A DNA stretch of 64,000 bases from Gemmatimonadota bacterium (GTDB lineage Bacteria; Gemmatimonadota; Gemmatimonadetes; Palauibacterales; Palauibacteraceae), in NCBI GenBank assembly GCA_963666735.1, contig OY762926.1, positions 3,488,001 through 3,552,000 on the forward strand. The letters are read 5' to 3'. The position numbers and the translations under genes were made by a program. Below the pieces are notes generated by a model, which was not told the origin of the DNA, did no database searches, and saw nothing but the letters and a program-made list of their open reading frames with translations. This document shows, in pieces, positions 32,149 to 42,532 of the stretch; the first letter of the stretch is position 1; each line of letters starts with the position of its first letter.

Positions 32149-34686
32149 CTAGCGGTCCTGCGTTTCGAACTCTAACTCGGCCTGCGGCTCCTCGCCGTCC
32201 GAGGGCGTTTCCCGGAGGGGCAGCTCGCCGGCTTCCCCGCGGCCGGGCGATGCGGTGCGCGCACGGCGTCCCGAGTGCATCGGGTGTACGGCCTCGACCG
32301 CAACGCCGGCCCGCAGCCGCACAGCCGGGCGCCCGGCCTCGCGAGGAGAGCGACGGATCACGCTGGCCGCCGACGTCGACTCCACGGATCCATCGGACAA
32401 TTCCCATGCCACCTCGTCCCCGTCGTGCGCTTCGGTGAAACCCACGAGGCCGCCGGTCCGCTCCCGCTCGGGGAGGATGGTGAACCCCTTGCCCGCCCGG
32501 CCCTGAACCTTGAATTCCGTGAACGGAATGCGCTTGCCGTACCCGGCGGCGGTCGCCACGAGCAGGTCGGAATCCGCGCGCGGAGCCGCCGCGGCGACCA
32601 CGACATCGCCGCGCGCGAGATCGATGGCTTTGACGCCGCGGGCCGTGCGGCCCATCGCGCGAGTGGCGGATTCGGGGAAGCGGATCGCCTGGCCGGATCG
32701 CGTCGCGAACAGGAGGTCGCTGCTCCCTTCCGTGACGAACGCGGCCGCGACCTCGTCGCCGCGCGCGATTCCGGCGCCGATGATGCCAGCGCTCCGGGCG
32801 TTCGCGTATTCCGACAGCGCCGACCGCTTCACGTGACCCTGTCTTGTGGCGACCACGAGGAATCGGTCATCGGCGAAGGTCTCGGCCGCGAGCAGCGCGA
32901 CGATCTCGTCTCCACGCTCCAGGTCGATGAACTCCTCGACGTGGCGGCCCCGAGAGCTCCGCGTGCCCCTTGGCAGCGCAGAGACGGGCAGCGCATGCGC
33001 GTTGCCGCGTGCCGTGATCGCGAGGAGCGCGTGCGCTCCCCGCGTCAGGAACGCATGGCGCGCGAAGTCGCCTTCGCGGTCGGACAGCACTTCGGCGCCC
33101 GCCATCCCCCCGCCCGTCGCGGCGGGCTGCGCCTTCACGTAGCCGCCGCGACTCACCAGCACCAACTGCGCCTCGCCCCCGCCACCCTTCGACAGCCGGA
33201 ACTCCGTATCGTCGTCGAGGATCTCCGTCCGCCTGGGGTCGTCGTAGCGCCCCGCGAGTTCGCGGATCTCTGCCCGCAGGAATCCCCGCCGGGCCGCCTC
33301 GTCCTCCACCAGCGCGGTCAGGCGCGCGATCTCCTCCCGCAGCGCCTTCAGTTCCCCCGCCAGCTTGTCCCGCTCCAGACCCGTCAGCCGGACGAGCCGC
33401 ATTGCGAGGATCGCGTCTGCCTGACGCTCCGTGAGATCGAACGCGGCGAGGAGTCCCTCCCGCGCCCCCGCCGGCGTCTTCGAGCCGCGGATGATGTCGA
33501 TGACGCGATCGATTTCGTCGAGCGCCGCCTGGAGCCCCTCGACGACGTGGGCGCGGTCCCCGGCCCGGGCGAGGTCGTGCGCCGCGCCGCGGCGGATCAC
33601 GGCGAGGCGATGGTCGATCCACGTGCGGAGGACCGTCTTCAGATCCAGCTCCTCGGGCTTGCCATCGACGAGCGCGAGCATGATCACGCCGAACGTGTAA
33701 CGGAGCTGCGTCTTCTTGAAGAGGGTGGCGAGTACCTTCTTGGGCTGCGCGTCGCGCTTGAGCTCGATCACGAGCCGGATCCCGTCGCGGTCGGACTCGT
33801 CGCGCAGGTCGGTGATCGCGTCGGCCCGCCCGGCGCGCACGACCTTCGTGATCTGCTCGATGACGCGCGTCTTGTTCACCTGATAGGGAAGTTCCGTGAC
33901 GATCAGCGAACTCTTCCCGAATCTGCCCTCCTCGAGATGGACTTTGGCGCGCATGTCGAGTCGTCCTCGCCCGGTCCGGTAGGCGGACTCGATGCCGGCC
34001 CGGCCGTGGATGTACCCGCCCGTCGGGAAGTCCGGCCCGGGCAGGCGGGCGAGCAGCTCGTCGCTGTCGCACTGCGGGTTCGCGACGAGGTGGTCGACCG
34101 CGGCGAGGAGCTCCCCGGCGTTGTGCGGCGGGATCTTCGTCGCCATGCCTACCGCGATCCCGTCGCTGCCGTTCAGCAGGAGGTGCGGCAGTCGGCAGGG
34201 CAGAACCACCGGTTCGGTCAGGCGCCCGTCGAAGTTGGGCCGCACGTCGACGGTGTCGCGCTCTATGTCGGCGAGGAGATCCATCGCGACCGGCGTCATC
34301 CGCACTTCCGTGTAGCGGTAGGCGGCGGCGGAATCGCCATCGATCGAACCGAAATTCCCCTGGCCGTCGATGAGCGGATAGCGCAGCGAGAAGTCCTGGA
34401 CCATTCGGACGATGGTGTCGTACACCGCGCCATCCCCGTGCGGGTGATACCGGCCCAGCACGTCGCCCACGACCGTGGCGCTCTTCTTGTGCGGCCGCGA
34501 CGGGCGCATCCCCTCTTCCAGCATCGCGTACAGGATTCGGCGATGCACCGGCTTCAGGCCGTCGCGGGCATCGGGGAGCGCGCGCTGCACGATGACGCTC
34601 ATCGAGTAGTCGATGAACGACTCGCGCATTTCCTCCTCGAGCGCGCGGCGTTCGATGCGTTCGTGCTGCAGGGTGCCTTGCGTCAC
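32149..34686 (-). CDS. Type IIA topoisomerase subunit A (GyrA/ParC-like)
   Basis: [38 protein letters not shown] catalytic Tyr, beta-pinwheel CTD; no clear GyrA-box in the first blade. Confidence 0.92.
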   Translation of the reverse strand: MTQGTLQHERIERRALEEEMRESFIDYSMSVIVQRALPDARDGLKPVHRRILYAMLEEGMRPSRPHKKSATVVGDVLGRYHPHGDGAVYDTIVRMVQDFSLRYPLIDGQGNFGSIDGDSAAAYRYTEVRMTPVAMDLLADIERDTVDVRPNFDGRLTEPVVLPCRLPHLLLNGSDGIAVGMATKIPPHNAGELLAAVDHLVANPQCDSDELLARLPGPDFPTGGYIHGRAGIESAYRTGRGRLDMRAKVHLEEGRFGKSSLIVTELPYQVNKTRVIEQITKVVRAGRADAITDLRDESDRDGIRLVIELKRDAQPKKVLATLFKKTQLRYTFGVIMLALVDGKPEELDLKTVLRTWIDHRLAVIRRGAAHDLARAGDRAHVVEGLQAALDEIDRVIDIIRGSKTPAGAREGLLAAFDLTERQADAILAMRLVRLTGLERDKLAGELKALREEIARLTALVEDEAARRGFLRAEIRELAGRYDDPRRTEILDDDTEFRLSKGGGGEAQLVLVSRGGYVKAQPAATGGGMAGAEVLSDREGDFARHAFLTRGAHALLAITARGNAHALPVSALPRGTRSSRGRHVEEFIDLERGDEIVALLAAETFADDRFLVVATRQGHVKRSALSEYANARSAGIIGAGIARGDEVAAAFVTEGSSDLLFATRSGQAIRFPESATRAMGRTARGVKAIDLARGDVVVAAAAPRADSDLLVATAAGYGKRIPFTEFKVQGRAGKGFTILPERERTGGLVGFTEAHDGDEVAWELSDGSVESTSAASVIRRSPREAGRPAVRLRAGVAVEAVHPMHSGRRARTASPGRGEAGELPLRETPSDGEEPQAELEFETQDR

Positions 34687-34743
34687 TGCCGTGCCTCCTC
34701 TTCCACCGCTTCTTCCCCCACTCCCGCCTCGATCATCCTCGTC

Positions 34744-35139
34744 CTACTCACACAGCAGGTCGGCGGTTGCGCGCTGCGCCTCCGATGGGGCGGCGGGCAT
34801 GGCGATCACGAAGCCCTTCCGGTTCGCCGCATCGGGCAGATGGATCAGCATGGCGCCCGGTGCGAACGGGTCCGGCGCGCGCGCCGCGAGTCCCGCCTCC
34901 GAAATCGTGAAGAGTCCTCCAGGCTCCAGGCTGGAAGCCAGCCACGCCCCATAGGAAAGCCACGCCGCCAGCGCCTCGCCTCCCCCCGTCACGCCTGCCA
35001 CATCCGACCGGTACCGTGCGACGGCACGATCGTAGGCTCCGCCGTCGCGCGTCTTCAACCGCAGGAGGAGCTGTCGGTAGAGCGGCTGCACGTCGTCGAT
35101 CCCGTGCTCGGCCAGCGCCTGCGTGTAGGTCTCCGTCAT
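34744..35139 (-). CDS. Hypothetical protein (131 aa)
   Basis: Co-directional between the zinc-ribbon and topoisomerase genes; protein-like composition. Confidence 0.65.
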   Translation of the reverse strand: MTETYTQALAEHGIDDVQPLYRQLLLRLKTRDGGAYDRAVARYRSDVAGVTGGGEALAAWLSYGAWLASSLEPGGLFTISEAGLAARAPDPFAPGAMLIHLPDAANRKGFVIAMPAAPSEAQRATADLLCE

Positions 35140-35209
35140 CCCATCATCTCCGTCCCCGCCTCGCCCGGCTCCTCACCCGGGACGTCCGCCCGCAGGAATC
35201 CGTCGAGGA

Positions 35210-35455
35210 TCAGTCGTTATGGCTCAGTTCGTACTCCCGCTGCGCTCGCGTGCGTTCGCTCCCGAGCTTTGCGTCGCGTTTCTTCGCCGCGGCGAGCGAC
35301 CGCTCCCTGCGGGCCTCGGAGTGGACGCGCGGAAGAGAGATGAGTCTTTCCAGCTCGGCACTCCGGCACGACGCGCACGCGGGCGTCATCGCCCCCCGCA
35401 CGAAGAGTTCGAACTCGTGCGAACACTCGCGGCACCTGTACTCGTATATCGGCAT
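35210..35455 (-). CDS. FmdB-family zinc ribbon protein
   Basis: MPIYEYRCRECSHEFE...CASC; GGAGG upstream. Confidence 0.88.
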   Translation of the reverse strand: MPIYEYRCRECSHEFELFVRGAMTPACASCRSAELERLISLPRVHSEARRERSLAAAKKRDAKLGSERTRAQREYELSHND

Positions 35456-35551
35456 GGATCCTCCGGTCGCGCGGTACTCCGCAGCATGCTTTTTGACGGT
35501 CGCGCGGGCAAGTCGCCGCCCGCCTCGCCGGATCCCCCGCGCGGCCTGGCT

Positions 35552-35581
35552 TTGACAGACTCCGACCGCCTGTCTGATAAT
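35552..35581 (+). promoter_or_regulatory. Candidate sigma70 promoter for the VPS10/BNR gene
   Basis: TTGACA-N18-GATAAT, with CAGAC..GTCTG and GACAG..CTGTC dyads across the spacer. Confidence 0.55.
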
Positions 35582-35621
35582 GCCGGGTCGCCACCCCGGT
35601 CCGCACGGAAAGAAAGACCCC

Positions 35622-38444
35622 ATGCCATACGCATCGCGCACCTGCGTCCCCTCGATGATCGTGCTCGCGCTACTTGCGGCCGTCCTCACGCTGCCGGCGC
35701 CCGTCCATGCCCAGGACGGAGCGCGGGGTGAAGAGACGGAGGTCGTCATCAACGCCCCCGGGCACCCGTTGCTCCAGGGGTTCCGGTGGCGGTCCATCGG
35801 CCCGACGGGGCAGGGCGGGCGCGTCGACGATCTTGCGGTCCACCCCGCGGACCCGCGGACCTTCTACGTGGGCTTCGCGACCGGCGGTCTGTGGAAGACG
35901 ACGAACAACGGGACAACGTTCGAATCGATCTTCGACAGCTACGAGACGCACTCCATCGGCGCGCTCGCCCTCGCCCCCTCCGATCCCGATGTCCTCTACG
36001 TGGGTACGGGCGAGGCGAACAACCGGCAAAGTTCGTCGTTCGGGTACGGCGTCTACAAGAGCACCGACGGCGGCGCCACGTTCGTGCATGCGGGACTCCG
36101 GGAGACGCAGAGCATCGCACGCGTCCTCGTTCACCCGACGAATCCGGATGTCGTGTGGGTGGCCGCGGTCGGCCATCTCTTCGGCCCCAACGCCGAGCGC
36201 GGCGTGTTCAAGTCGAGCGACGGAGGAGAGAGCTGGCGCCATGTGCTCGCGGTGGATGAGGACACCGGCGCGACGGATCTCGTCATGGATCCGTCGAATC
36301 CCGACGTCCTGTTCGCCTCCACGTACCAGCGCCGCCGCACCGTGTGCTGCTTCGTCGGCGGAGGGCCGGGGAGCGGCATCTGGCGGTCCGGGGACGGAGG
36401 TGAGAGCTGGTCGCCCGTCGAGGGAGACGGACTGCCGGCAGGCACGCTGGGCCGGATCGCCCTCGCCATGACGCCCGCCGATCCCGACGTCGTCTACGCC
36501 CAGATCGAAGTGGCCGCGGACCGGGAGCCGCCGCTCTCCGAGGAGGAGCAGAACGAGTGGCGCAGGCTCGCGAGAGTCGATTCGCTCCCGCCCGACCCGC
36601 AATGGTCCGGGGTCTGGCGATCGGCGGACAAGGGCCGCACGTGGGAGTTCCGGAGCAACGAGAACGGACGCCCCATGTACTTCAGCCAGATCCGCGTCTC
36701 CCCCGAGGATCCGGATCTCGTCTATACGGTGGATCAGCGCGTGTCGAAGTCGCGCGACGGCGGCCGCACCTGGGAGGTGCTGAGCGGGTACGGCCACGTC
36801 GATCAGCACGCGCTCTGGATCGATCCGGCCGACCACGACCACCTCGTCATCGGCAACGACGGGTCGGTCGACGTGAGTTGGGACCAGGGCGAGACCTGGG
36901 AATCGCTGCGCCCGTGGGCCGTCGGGCAGCCCTATCACGCCTCCGTGGACATGCGGCGCCCCTACTACGTGTGCACGGGCCTTCAGGACAACGGCAGCTG
37001 GTGCGGGCCGAGTTCCGTTCGCTCCGGGCCGATCCTCTCGCAGGACTGGTATCGGGTCGGCGGCGGGGACGGGTTCTACACGCAGGTGGACCCGACGGAC
37101 CCGGCGATCGTGTTCGTCGAATCCCAGAACGGGCGTCTCCGGCGCGTGGATCTGCGCGAGGGCGTCTCGCGCCCCATCACCCCCCGGGTTCCGGATGAAG
37201 AGGATCCGGCAGACACGAACATCGCCCCGGCTCCGCCGTTTGACGCCGCGATCCGGTGGAACTGGAACACGCCGTTCCTCCTCTCCCCCCACAACCCGCG
37301 CATCCTGCATGCGGGCGGCAACCGGTTCTTCACGTCGCGCGACCGCGGAGAGACGTGGACGATGAGCCCGGACCTCACGAAGGACGTGGATCGGGACGCC
37401 GAGGTGCTGATGGGGGTGGTCAACGGCATCCCGCGCTGCTCCCGGTTCGAGCGCGGGACGGAGTGCACCCTGTCGCGAAACGATGGCGTCTCGATGTGGG
37501 GCAGCATGACGTCCATCGCCGAGTCGCCCCTCGTCCCGGGCGTCTTCTGGGCAGGAACCGACGACGGCAACATCCAGGTGAGCCGCGACGGCGGGGCGGC
37601 CTGGACCGAGGTCAGCCGCAACCTCCCCGGGGGCACGACGCGCCACTACGTGTCCCGCGTGGAAGCCTCACACGTGGACGCCGCGACCGCCTACGTCTCG
37701 ATCGACGGGCACAAGAACGACGACCTGCGCCCCTACGTGTACGTGACGCGCAACTACGGCGCGACGTGGGAGGACATCACGTCGAACCTGCCCTCGTTCG
37801 GAAACGTGAACACGGTCCGTCAGGATCCGCGGAATCCCCGTCTGCTCTATGCCGGCACCGAGTTCGGCTTCTACGTCTCGTTCGATGAGGGGGGCAGCTG
37901 GCACGATTTCATGCCGGGCCTGCCCGTGGTCCGGATCGACGACGTGCTCGTCCACCCCCGCGAGAACGACCTCGTCCTCGCGACCCACGGCCGCAGCATC
38001 TATGTGCTCGACGATGTCACGGCCCTCCAGGCGCTGGCCGACAGCGTCCTGGCGAGCGACGCGCACCTCTTCGAGCCGCGTCCCGCCGTCCTCTGGAAGA
38101 ACGATCTCCAGCGTCGCCGCTCCCTCACGGGCGACAGGAACTGGACGGGCGAGAGCGCCCCCGCGGGCACGATGATCCAGTACTACCTGGGCTCCGAGGG
38201 CGAGGTCTCGATCGAGGTCTCCGAACTCGCCAGCGGGAGAGTGGTGCGCGAACTCGATGGGACCGGCCGGCCGGGCCTGAACCGCGTGGCCTGGGATCTA
38301 CGGACGAACCCCGGCCTCCAGGGTCAGGGCGGGGCCGGGCTGCCCGTGTCCCCGGGCACGTACCGCGTGACGCTGACGGTGGGGGAGGCCACGCACTCGG
38401 CGCTGCTCGAGGTGCTGGAAGACCGCTGGCTGCAGGTGCCGTAA
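35622..38444 (+). CDS. Secreted VPS10/sortilin-like BNR (Asp-box) beta-propeller protein
   Basis: Signal peptide, WRSIGP..GGR, many S/TxDGGxTW Asp-boxes, LVLATHGRS, Ig-like C-terminal part. Confidence 0.85.
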   Translation: MPYASRTCVPSMIVLALLAAVLTLPAPVHAQDGARGEETEVVINAPGHPLLQGFRWRSIGPTGQGGRVDDLAVHPADPRTFYVGFATGGLWKTTNNGTTFESIFDSYETHSIGALALAPSDPDVLYVGTGEANNRQSSSFGYGVYKSTDGGATFVHAGLRETQSIARVLVHPTNPDVVWVAAVGHLFGPNAERGVFKSSDGGESWRHVLAVDEDTGATDLVMDPSNPDVLFASTYQRRRTVCCFVGGGPGSGIWRSGDGGESWSPVEGDGLPAGTLGRIALAMTPADPDVVYAQIEVAADREPPLSEEEQNEWRRLARVDSLPPDPQWSGVWRSADKGRTWEFRSNENGRPMYFSQIRVSPEDPDLVYTVDQRVSKSRDGGRTWEVLSGYGHVDQHALWIDPADHDHLVIGNDGSVDVSWDQGETWESLRPWAVGQPYHASVDMRRPYYVCTGLQDNGSWCGPSSVRSGPILSQDWYRVGGGDGFYTQVDPTDPAIVFVESQNGRLRRVDLREGVSRPITPRVPDEEDPADTNIAPAPPFDAAIRWNWNTPFLLSPHNPRILHAGGNRFFTSRDRGETWTMSPDLTKDVDRDAEVLMGVVNGIPRCSRFERGTECTLSRNDGVSMWGSMTSIAESPLVPGVFWAGTDDGNIQVSRDGGAAWTEVSRNLPGGTTRHYVSRVEASHVDAATAYVSIDGHKNDDLRPYVYVTRNYGATWEDITSNLPSFGNVNTVRQDPRNPRLLYAGTEFGFYVSFDEGGSWHDFMPGLPVVRIDDVLVHPRENDLVLATHGRSIYVLDDVTALQALADSVLASDAHLFEPRPAVLWKNDLQRRRSLTGDRNWTGESAPAGTMIQYYLGSEGEVSIEVSELASGRVVRELDGTGRPGLNRVAWDLRTNPGLQGQGGAGLPVSPGTYRVTLTVGEATHSALLEVLEDRWLQVP

Positions 38445-38484
38445 GATGGCGCCGTGAGATGGCGCGCCTGAGCCGCGAGGTTGG

Positions 38485-39735
38485 CTATCCGCCCGCCATC
38501 GAGTCGAGGAACTCCTGGTTCGTGTCCGTGCGCTGGAGCCGTTCGATCATGAACTGAATCGCCTCGGCGGGCGGCATGTCGGAGAGGAAGTTCCGCAGCA
38601 GGTACATCCGGTTGAGTTCGATTTCGTTCAGGAGGAGTTCCTCCTTGCGCGTGCTCGAGCGGTTGAGGTCGATCGCCGGGTAGATGCGCTTGTCGGAGAT
38701 CTGGCGGTCCAGCAGAACTTCGCTGTTCCCCGTGCCCTTGAACTCCTCGAAGATGACCTCGTCCATCCGGCTGCCGGTTTCAATCAGAGCCGTCGCGATG
38801 ATCGTGAGGCTGCCGCCCTCCTCGATGTTTCGCGCCGCGCCGAAGAAGCGCTTGGGCCTGTGAAGCGCGTTCGCGTCCACGCCGCCCGAGAGGATCTTGC
38901 CCGAGTGGGGGACCGTCGTGTTGTAGGCCCGCGCGAGGCGCGTGATCGAATCGAGCAGGATCACGACATCGTGCTGGTATTCGACCAGCCGCTTGGCCTT
39001 CTCGATCACCATCTCGGCCACCTGCGTGTGGCGGTCGGCCGGTTCATCGAAGGTGGATGAGATGATCTCGGCCGGCACGTTCTCCTCCATGTCCGTGACC
39101 TCTTCGGGCCGCTCGTCGATGAGGAGCACGATCACCTTCGCGTCCGGCTGATTCTCGACGATCGCGTTCGCGATCTTCTGCAGAAGGATCGTCTTGCCGG
39201 CCTTGGGCGGAGAGACGATGAGGCTCCGCTGCCCCTTCCCGATCGGCGCGATGAGGTCGAGAATCCGCATCGACACATCGCCGTCCTCCTGCTCGAGGAC
39301 GAGCCGTTCCTCCGGATAGCGGGGCCGGAGGTTGTCGAACGCGATCCGGTGCTTCGCCTTGTCCGGGTCCACGCCGTTCAGCGTCTCCACCTTCAGCAGG
39401 GCGAGGTAGCGCTCTCCCTCCTTCGGCGGCCGCACGCGGCCCTGGATGGTGTCCCCCGTCCGCATGTCGAAGCGCTTGATCTGCGACGGGGAGACGTAGA
39501 TGTCGTCCGGGCCGTACAGGTAGTTCCAATCCTGGCTCCGCAGAAAGCCGTAGCCCTCCGGCAGAATCTCGAGGACGCCCTCGCCCCGGAGGACGATGTC
39601 GGAATCGAGCAGATTCTGCTCGATCCGAAAAATCAGGTCCTGTTTTCGGAGGCCCGAGAAGTTGTGGATGTCGAGTTCTTCGGCCATGTCATGAAGCTCG
39701 CCGATCGACTTCGACTTGAGTTCGGCGATGTCCAT
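38485..39735 (-). CDS. rho: Transcription termination factor Rho
   Basis: [52 protein letters not shown] before ATG 39735. Confidence 0.97.
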   Translation of the reverse strand: MDIAELKSKSIGELHDMAEELDIHNFSGLRKQDLIFRIEQNLLDSDIVLRGEGVLEILPEGYGFLRSQDWNYLYGPDDIYVSPSQIKRFDMRTGDTIQGRVRPPKEGERYLALLKVETLNGVDPDKAKHRIAFDNLRPRYPEERLVLEQEDGDVSMRILDLIAPIGKGQRSLIVSPPKAGKTILLQKIANAIVENQPDAKVIVLLIDERPEEVTDMEENVPAEIISSTFDEPADRHTQVAEMVIEKAKRLVEYQHDVVILLDSITRLARAYNTTVPHSGKILSGGVDANALHRPKRFFGAARNIEEGGSLTIIATALIETGSRMDEVIFEEFKGTGNSEVLLDRQISDKRIYPAIDLNRSSTRKEELLLNEIELNRMYLLRNFLSDMPPAEAIQFMIERLQRTDTNQEFLDSMAGG

Positions 39736-39895
39736 CGCCTGCCTCCGGAAGAGAGTGAACCGGGCTGCAGCCACGCCGCGCGCGGCATGGTCGTATCGTG
39801 AGGTGTCCTGCTTGCGGCCGGGGGATGTGGTCCGAGGTGGACCCACCGACCATAATGGTGCCGCCGGGCACGGTCAAGGTGACCGCGCCGCAACC

Positions 39896-40273
39896 ATGAC
39901 CGCGACCTTCGAGCGCCGGATGGCCAGACACAATCGTGAAGGAAGGGGACTCGACCAGCTCGGCAATCTCTGGCGGATAAGCTATCAGCCCGACTGGTTC
40001 CGTCTGTTGAAGCTGTCGCTGCCGGTGCCCGGCGGGCGCCGCTCCTCCCGCACCCTGTGTCGCAATCCGGCACGTACGGCGGACGCGGAACCCGGCCGAT
40101 CCGTGCGGACGCGGATCACGGCCGCGGACGGGTCCGTCGATGTGGCGGTTTCCATCGAAGACCGCGACCAGGTCGTCGACCACGTCATCATCGGGATTCG
40201 GCGAAAGCGCGGCAGAAAGACGGAATTACTCAAGTTCGCCGTCCACGGCGGGCTTCCGAAGCGGAGGATCTAG
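39896..40273 (+). CDS. Hypothetical basic protein (125 aa), divergent from rho
   Basis: G/C-rich third codon positions in this frame; CATAAT about 45 nt upstream; fills the rho-mlaD gap. Confidence 0.55.
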   Translation: MTATFERRMARHNREGRGLDQLGNLWRISYQPDWFRLLKLSLPVPGGRRSSRTLCRNPARTADAEPGRSVRTRITAADGSVDVAVSIEDRDQVVDHVIIGIRRKRGRKTELLKFAVHGGLPKRRI

Positions 40274-40309
40274 CAGGGTGTTGCCACCGGCCGCCAGCCC
40301 GGCGCCGCC

Positions 40310-41302
40310 CTAGAAGACGCGGATGCGTAGCCAGCGCGACGGGTTGTAGCCGAGATCTTCCGCCAACTCGGCGGCCGCGGTGCGCAGGGCGGCGAGTTGG
40401 CGGCGAATTTCTCCATCCACCAGAGCCCGGCCCGCGGTTCCTTCGCCGCGGTCCAGCCGCTCGGCGATCGCCGACAGCCGTGACATCACGGTGTCCAGCG
40501 CCTCGATCGTCGTTTCCACGTTACGGCCGGCGCGCGCGAGTCGGGGCGCCTCCTCCCAGGCCGCGAACCGTTCCTGCACGCGTCGCGCGGCCGCGTTCAC
40601 GAGCGTGTCCGTCGCGAGCCGAACGAGCGAGGAGCGCCGAACGTCTCGCTGAAGCAGTTCCTCCAGCGACTCGAGACTGCCTCTCAGTTGGGCCAGCGTG
40701 CCCGGATCCTCGCGAAAGCGGGCGAGCGAGCCCTGGTCCGACCCGAGCACGTCCCGTGCCTCGGAAGCGTCGACTTCGAGCGTGCGCACCGCCTGCAAGA
40801 GCGTATCCGCCAGTGCCATGACCGTCTCCGGTTCGAGCGGCGGACCGGAAGCGCGCAGCGTGTCCGAGTAGTTCCAGGCGGGCGCGGAACCCGTACCCGG
40901 ATTCACGGAGAGGACGACGGGCGCCACGAGATCCGAGGGTCGCACGTCGGCGGTGGCATCCGCCCGCAGGATGGGCCCGGCGACCCGGTCGATGACGGCG
41001 TCGATCACGACGTGGCTCTCAAACGACCCATCGCCATCGTTACCGGCGTTCCCTTCGGGAGGCTGGAAGGAAATCGACAGCACGCGCCCCACCGGCCTCC
41101 CGGCCACCCAGACCGCGGAACCCGGCCCGAGTCCCTCCGCCGAATGGGCCAGCGCCGTGATTCGCGGGCCCTCGAGCATCGCGCGGACGATGACCTCGAT
41201 GACGGAGATCGCGGTCGACAGGACGATGGCCAAAGCGATCAGGACCAGGCCCCGTCGGGCCCGGGTGCGCGAGGCGTCAGAAGAGAAGTCCATCCGGGTC
41301 AT
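40310..41302 (-). CDS. MlaD/MCE-family protein
   Basis: N-terminal TM, GLGPGSAVWVAGRPVGRV MCE motif, helical tail ending NPSRWL. Confidence 0.8.
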   Translation of the reverse strand: MTRMDFSSDASRTRARRGLVLIALAIVLSTAISVIEVIVRAMLEGPRITALAHSAEGLGPGSAVWVAGRPVGRVLSISFQPPEGNAGNDGDGSFESHVVIDAVIDRVAGPILRADATADVRPSDLVAPVVLSVNPGTGSAPAWNYSDTLRASGPPLEPETVMALADTLLQAVRTLEVDASEARDVLGSDQGSLARFREDPGTLAQLRGSLESLEELLQRDVRRSSLVRLATDTLVNAAARRVQERFAAWEEAPRLARAGRNVETTIEALDTVMSRLSAIAERLDRGEGTAGRALVDGEIRRQLAALRTAAAELAEDLGYNPSRWLRIRVF

Positions 41303-41469
41303 CCCTGAGCAGACTCCCTTGCGGTCGCGGCGTCAAGGCGGGATCGGCCAGCTCCGGCAGTGGGGGAGATGCTGTTTGGCGCCTCCTGTTCACACCGGAG
41401 ATTCGCGTGTCTCGATGTGTCAGCCGCGCCCATTCACCCATGAAAAACCATGAAAAAAGGAGAGAAATC

Positions 41470-41844
41470 ATGTCGAGAACCGTGAACCGGGTCATCCTCG
41501 TCGGAAACGCCGGCAGCGACCCCGACGTGCGCGAGACCGCTTCCGGCACCGCCGTCGCGCACCTGTCGCTCGCCACCAACCGCGTGTTTCGGAAGAACGG
41601 GGAGACCCAGCGCCGCACCGACTGGCACCGGCTCACATTCTGGCGCCGCCAGGCGGAGACCGTCGGCGAGTACGTGCACAAGGGTTCACGCCTCTACGTC
41701 GAGGGGCACCTCGAGTACGGATCGTTCGAACGTGACGGAATCGCGATCCCCACCGTGGACGTGGTCGTGGAGGACATGGTGCTGCTGGATCCGCGGCCGG
41801 ACACCGACGACATCGCCGCCGGCAGCGCCGAGCTCCCGCAGTAG
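41470..41844 (+). CDS. ssb: Single-stranded DNA-binding protein (short form)
   Basis: NRVILVGN..DP, LSLATN, TDWHR, KGSRLYVEG; AGGAG RBS. Confidence 0.9.
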   Translation: MSRTVNRVILVGNAGSDPDVRETASGTAVAHLSLATNRVFRKNGETQRRTDWHRLTFWRRQAETVGEYVHKGSRLYVEGHLEYGSFERDGIAIPTVDVVVEDMVLLDPRPDTDDIAAGSAELPQ

Positions 41845-41917
41845 ACTCTTGGGTCGCGCCGCATTCGGCGGACCGCCGGCGACGCTCGCCGGGGCACTGG
41901 AGACCCGCCCCAGGAAC

Positions 41918-42508
41918 GTGCATCTTCCCGTGCGTGGGGCGGGTCCGTCGACCAGATCGAAGCGGAGGCATCCGATACAGACGCACGACCCGGGGTTTCT
42001 CACCCTGTCGAATCTGCTGTCCCTGAGCCGCATACCGCTCGGCCTGGCCTTCGTCGTGGTCTCGGACCCCGGAATGATGGCCGCGCTCGTGGCCACTGCC
42101 GGGGCAACGGATGTCCTCGATGGGTTCATTGCCCGTGTAAGCGGAACGCGCTCCCAGGTCGGACTCCTGCTCGACCCGCTCTGCGACAAGCTCTTCGTCC
42201 TGCTTGCGCTCTCCGGTTTCGTGGCGGCGGGCGGCCTCGACGGCCTGTCGTTCCTGATCCTGATCCTCCGGGATCTCTATACCGCGGGGTGCTATCTCCT
42301 GGCCCGGCTTGTCTCCATCATCATCCCATTCAAGCCCCGGTGGCCGGGAAAAATCGCCACCGGCCTGCAGTTTCTTACGCTCCTCGCCCTCATTTTCAAC
42401 CCTCGGTATGTTCCCGCACTCGTGTTGCTCGTCGGCGCGACGTCGGCCTGGGCGATCATCGATTACGGGACACACTGCCTCCGGCGGAAGTGGAAGAGCG
42501 CGACCTGA
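41918..42508 (+). CDS. CDP-alcohol phosphatidyltransferase (PgsA-like)
   Basis: NLLSLSR and TDVLDGFIAR...G.LLDPLCDK motif; start uncertain. Confidence 0.85.
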   Translation: MHLPVRGAGPSTRSKRRHPIQTHDPGFLTLSNLLSLSRIPLGLAFVVVSDPGMMAALVATAGATDVLDGFIARVSGTRSQVGLLLDPLCDKLFVLLALSGFVAAGGLDGLSFLILILRDLYTAGCYLLARLVSIIIPFKPRWPGKIATGLQFLTLLALIFNPRYVPALVLLVGATSAWAIIDYGTHCLRRKWKSAT

Positions 42509-42532
42509 CCAGCTCCGGATGGCCTGAACGGC

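Noticed and set aside
32275..35343. 1022-aa + strand ORF, and similar long antisense ORFs such as 21914-24415 and 5062-7146
   Set aside because: Shadow frames opposite well-supported genes; stop-poor because of high GC; no recognisable motifs.
41303..41437. Possible ncRNA or riboswitch in the mlaD-ssb intergenic region
   Set aside because: No recognisable family motif or convincing stems by eye.
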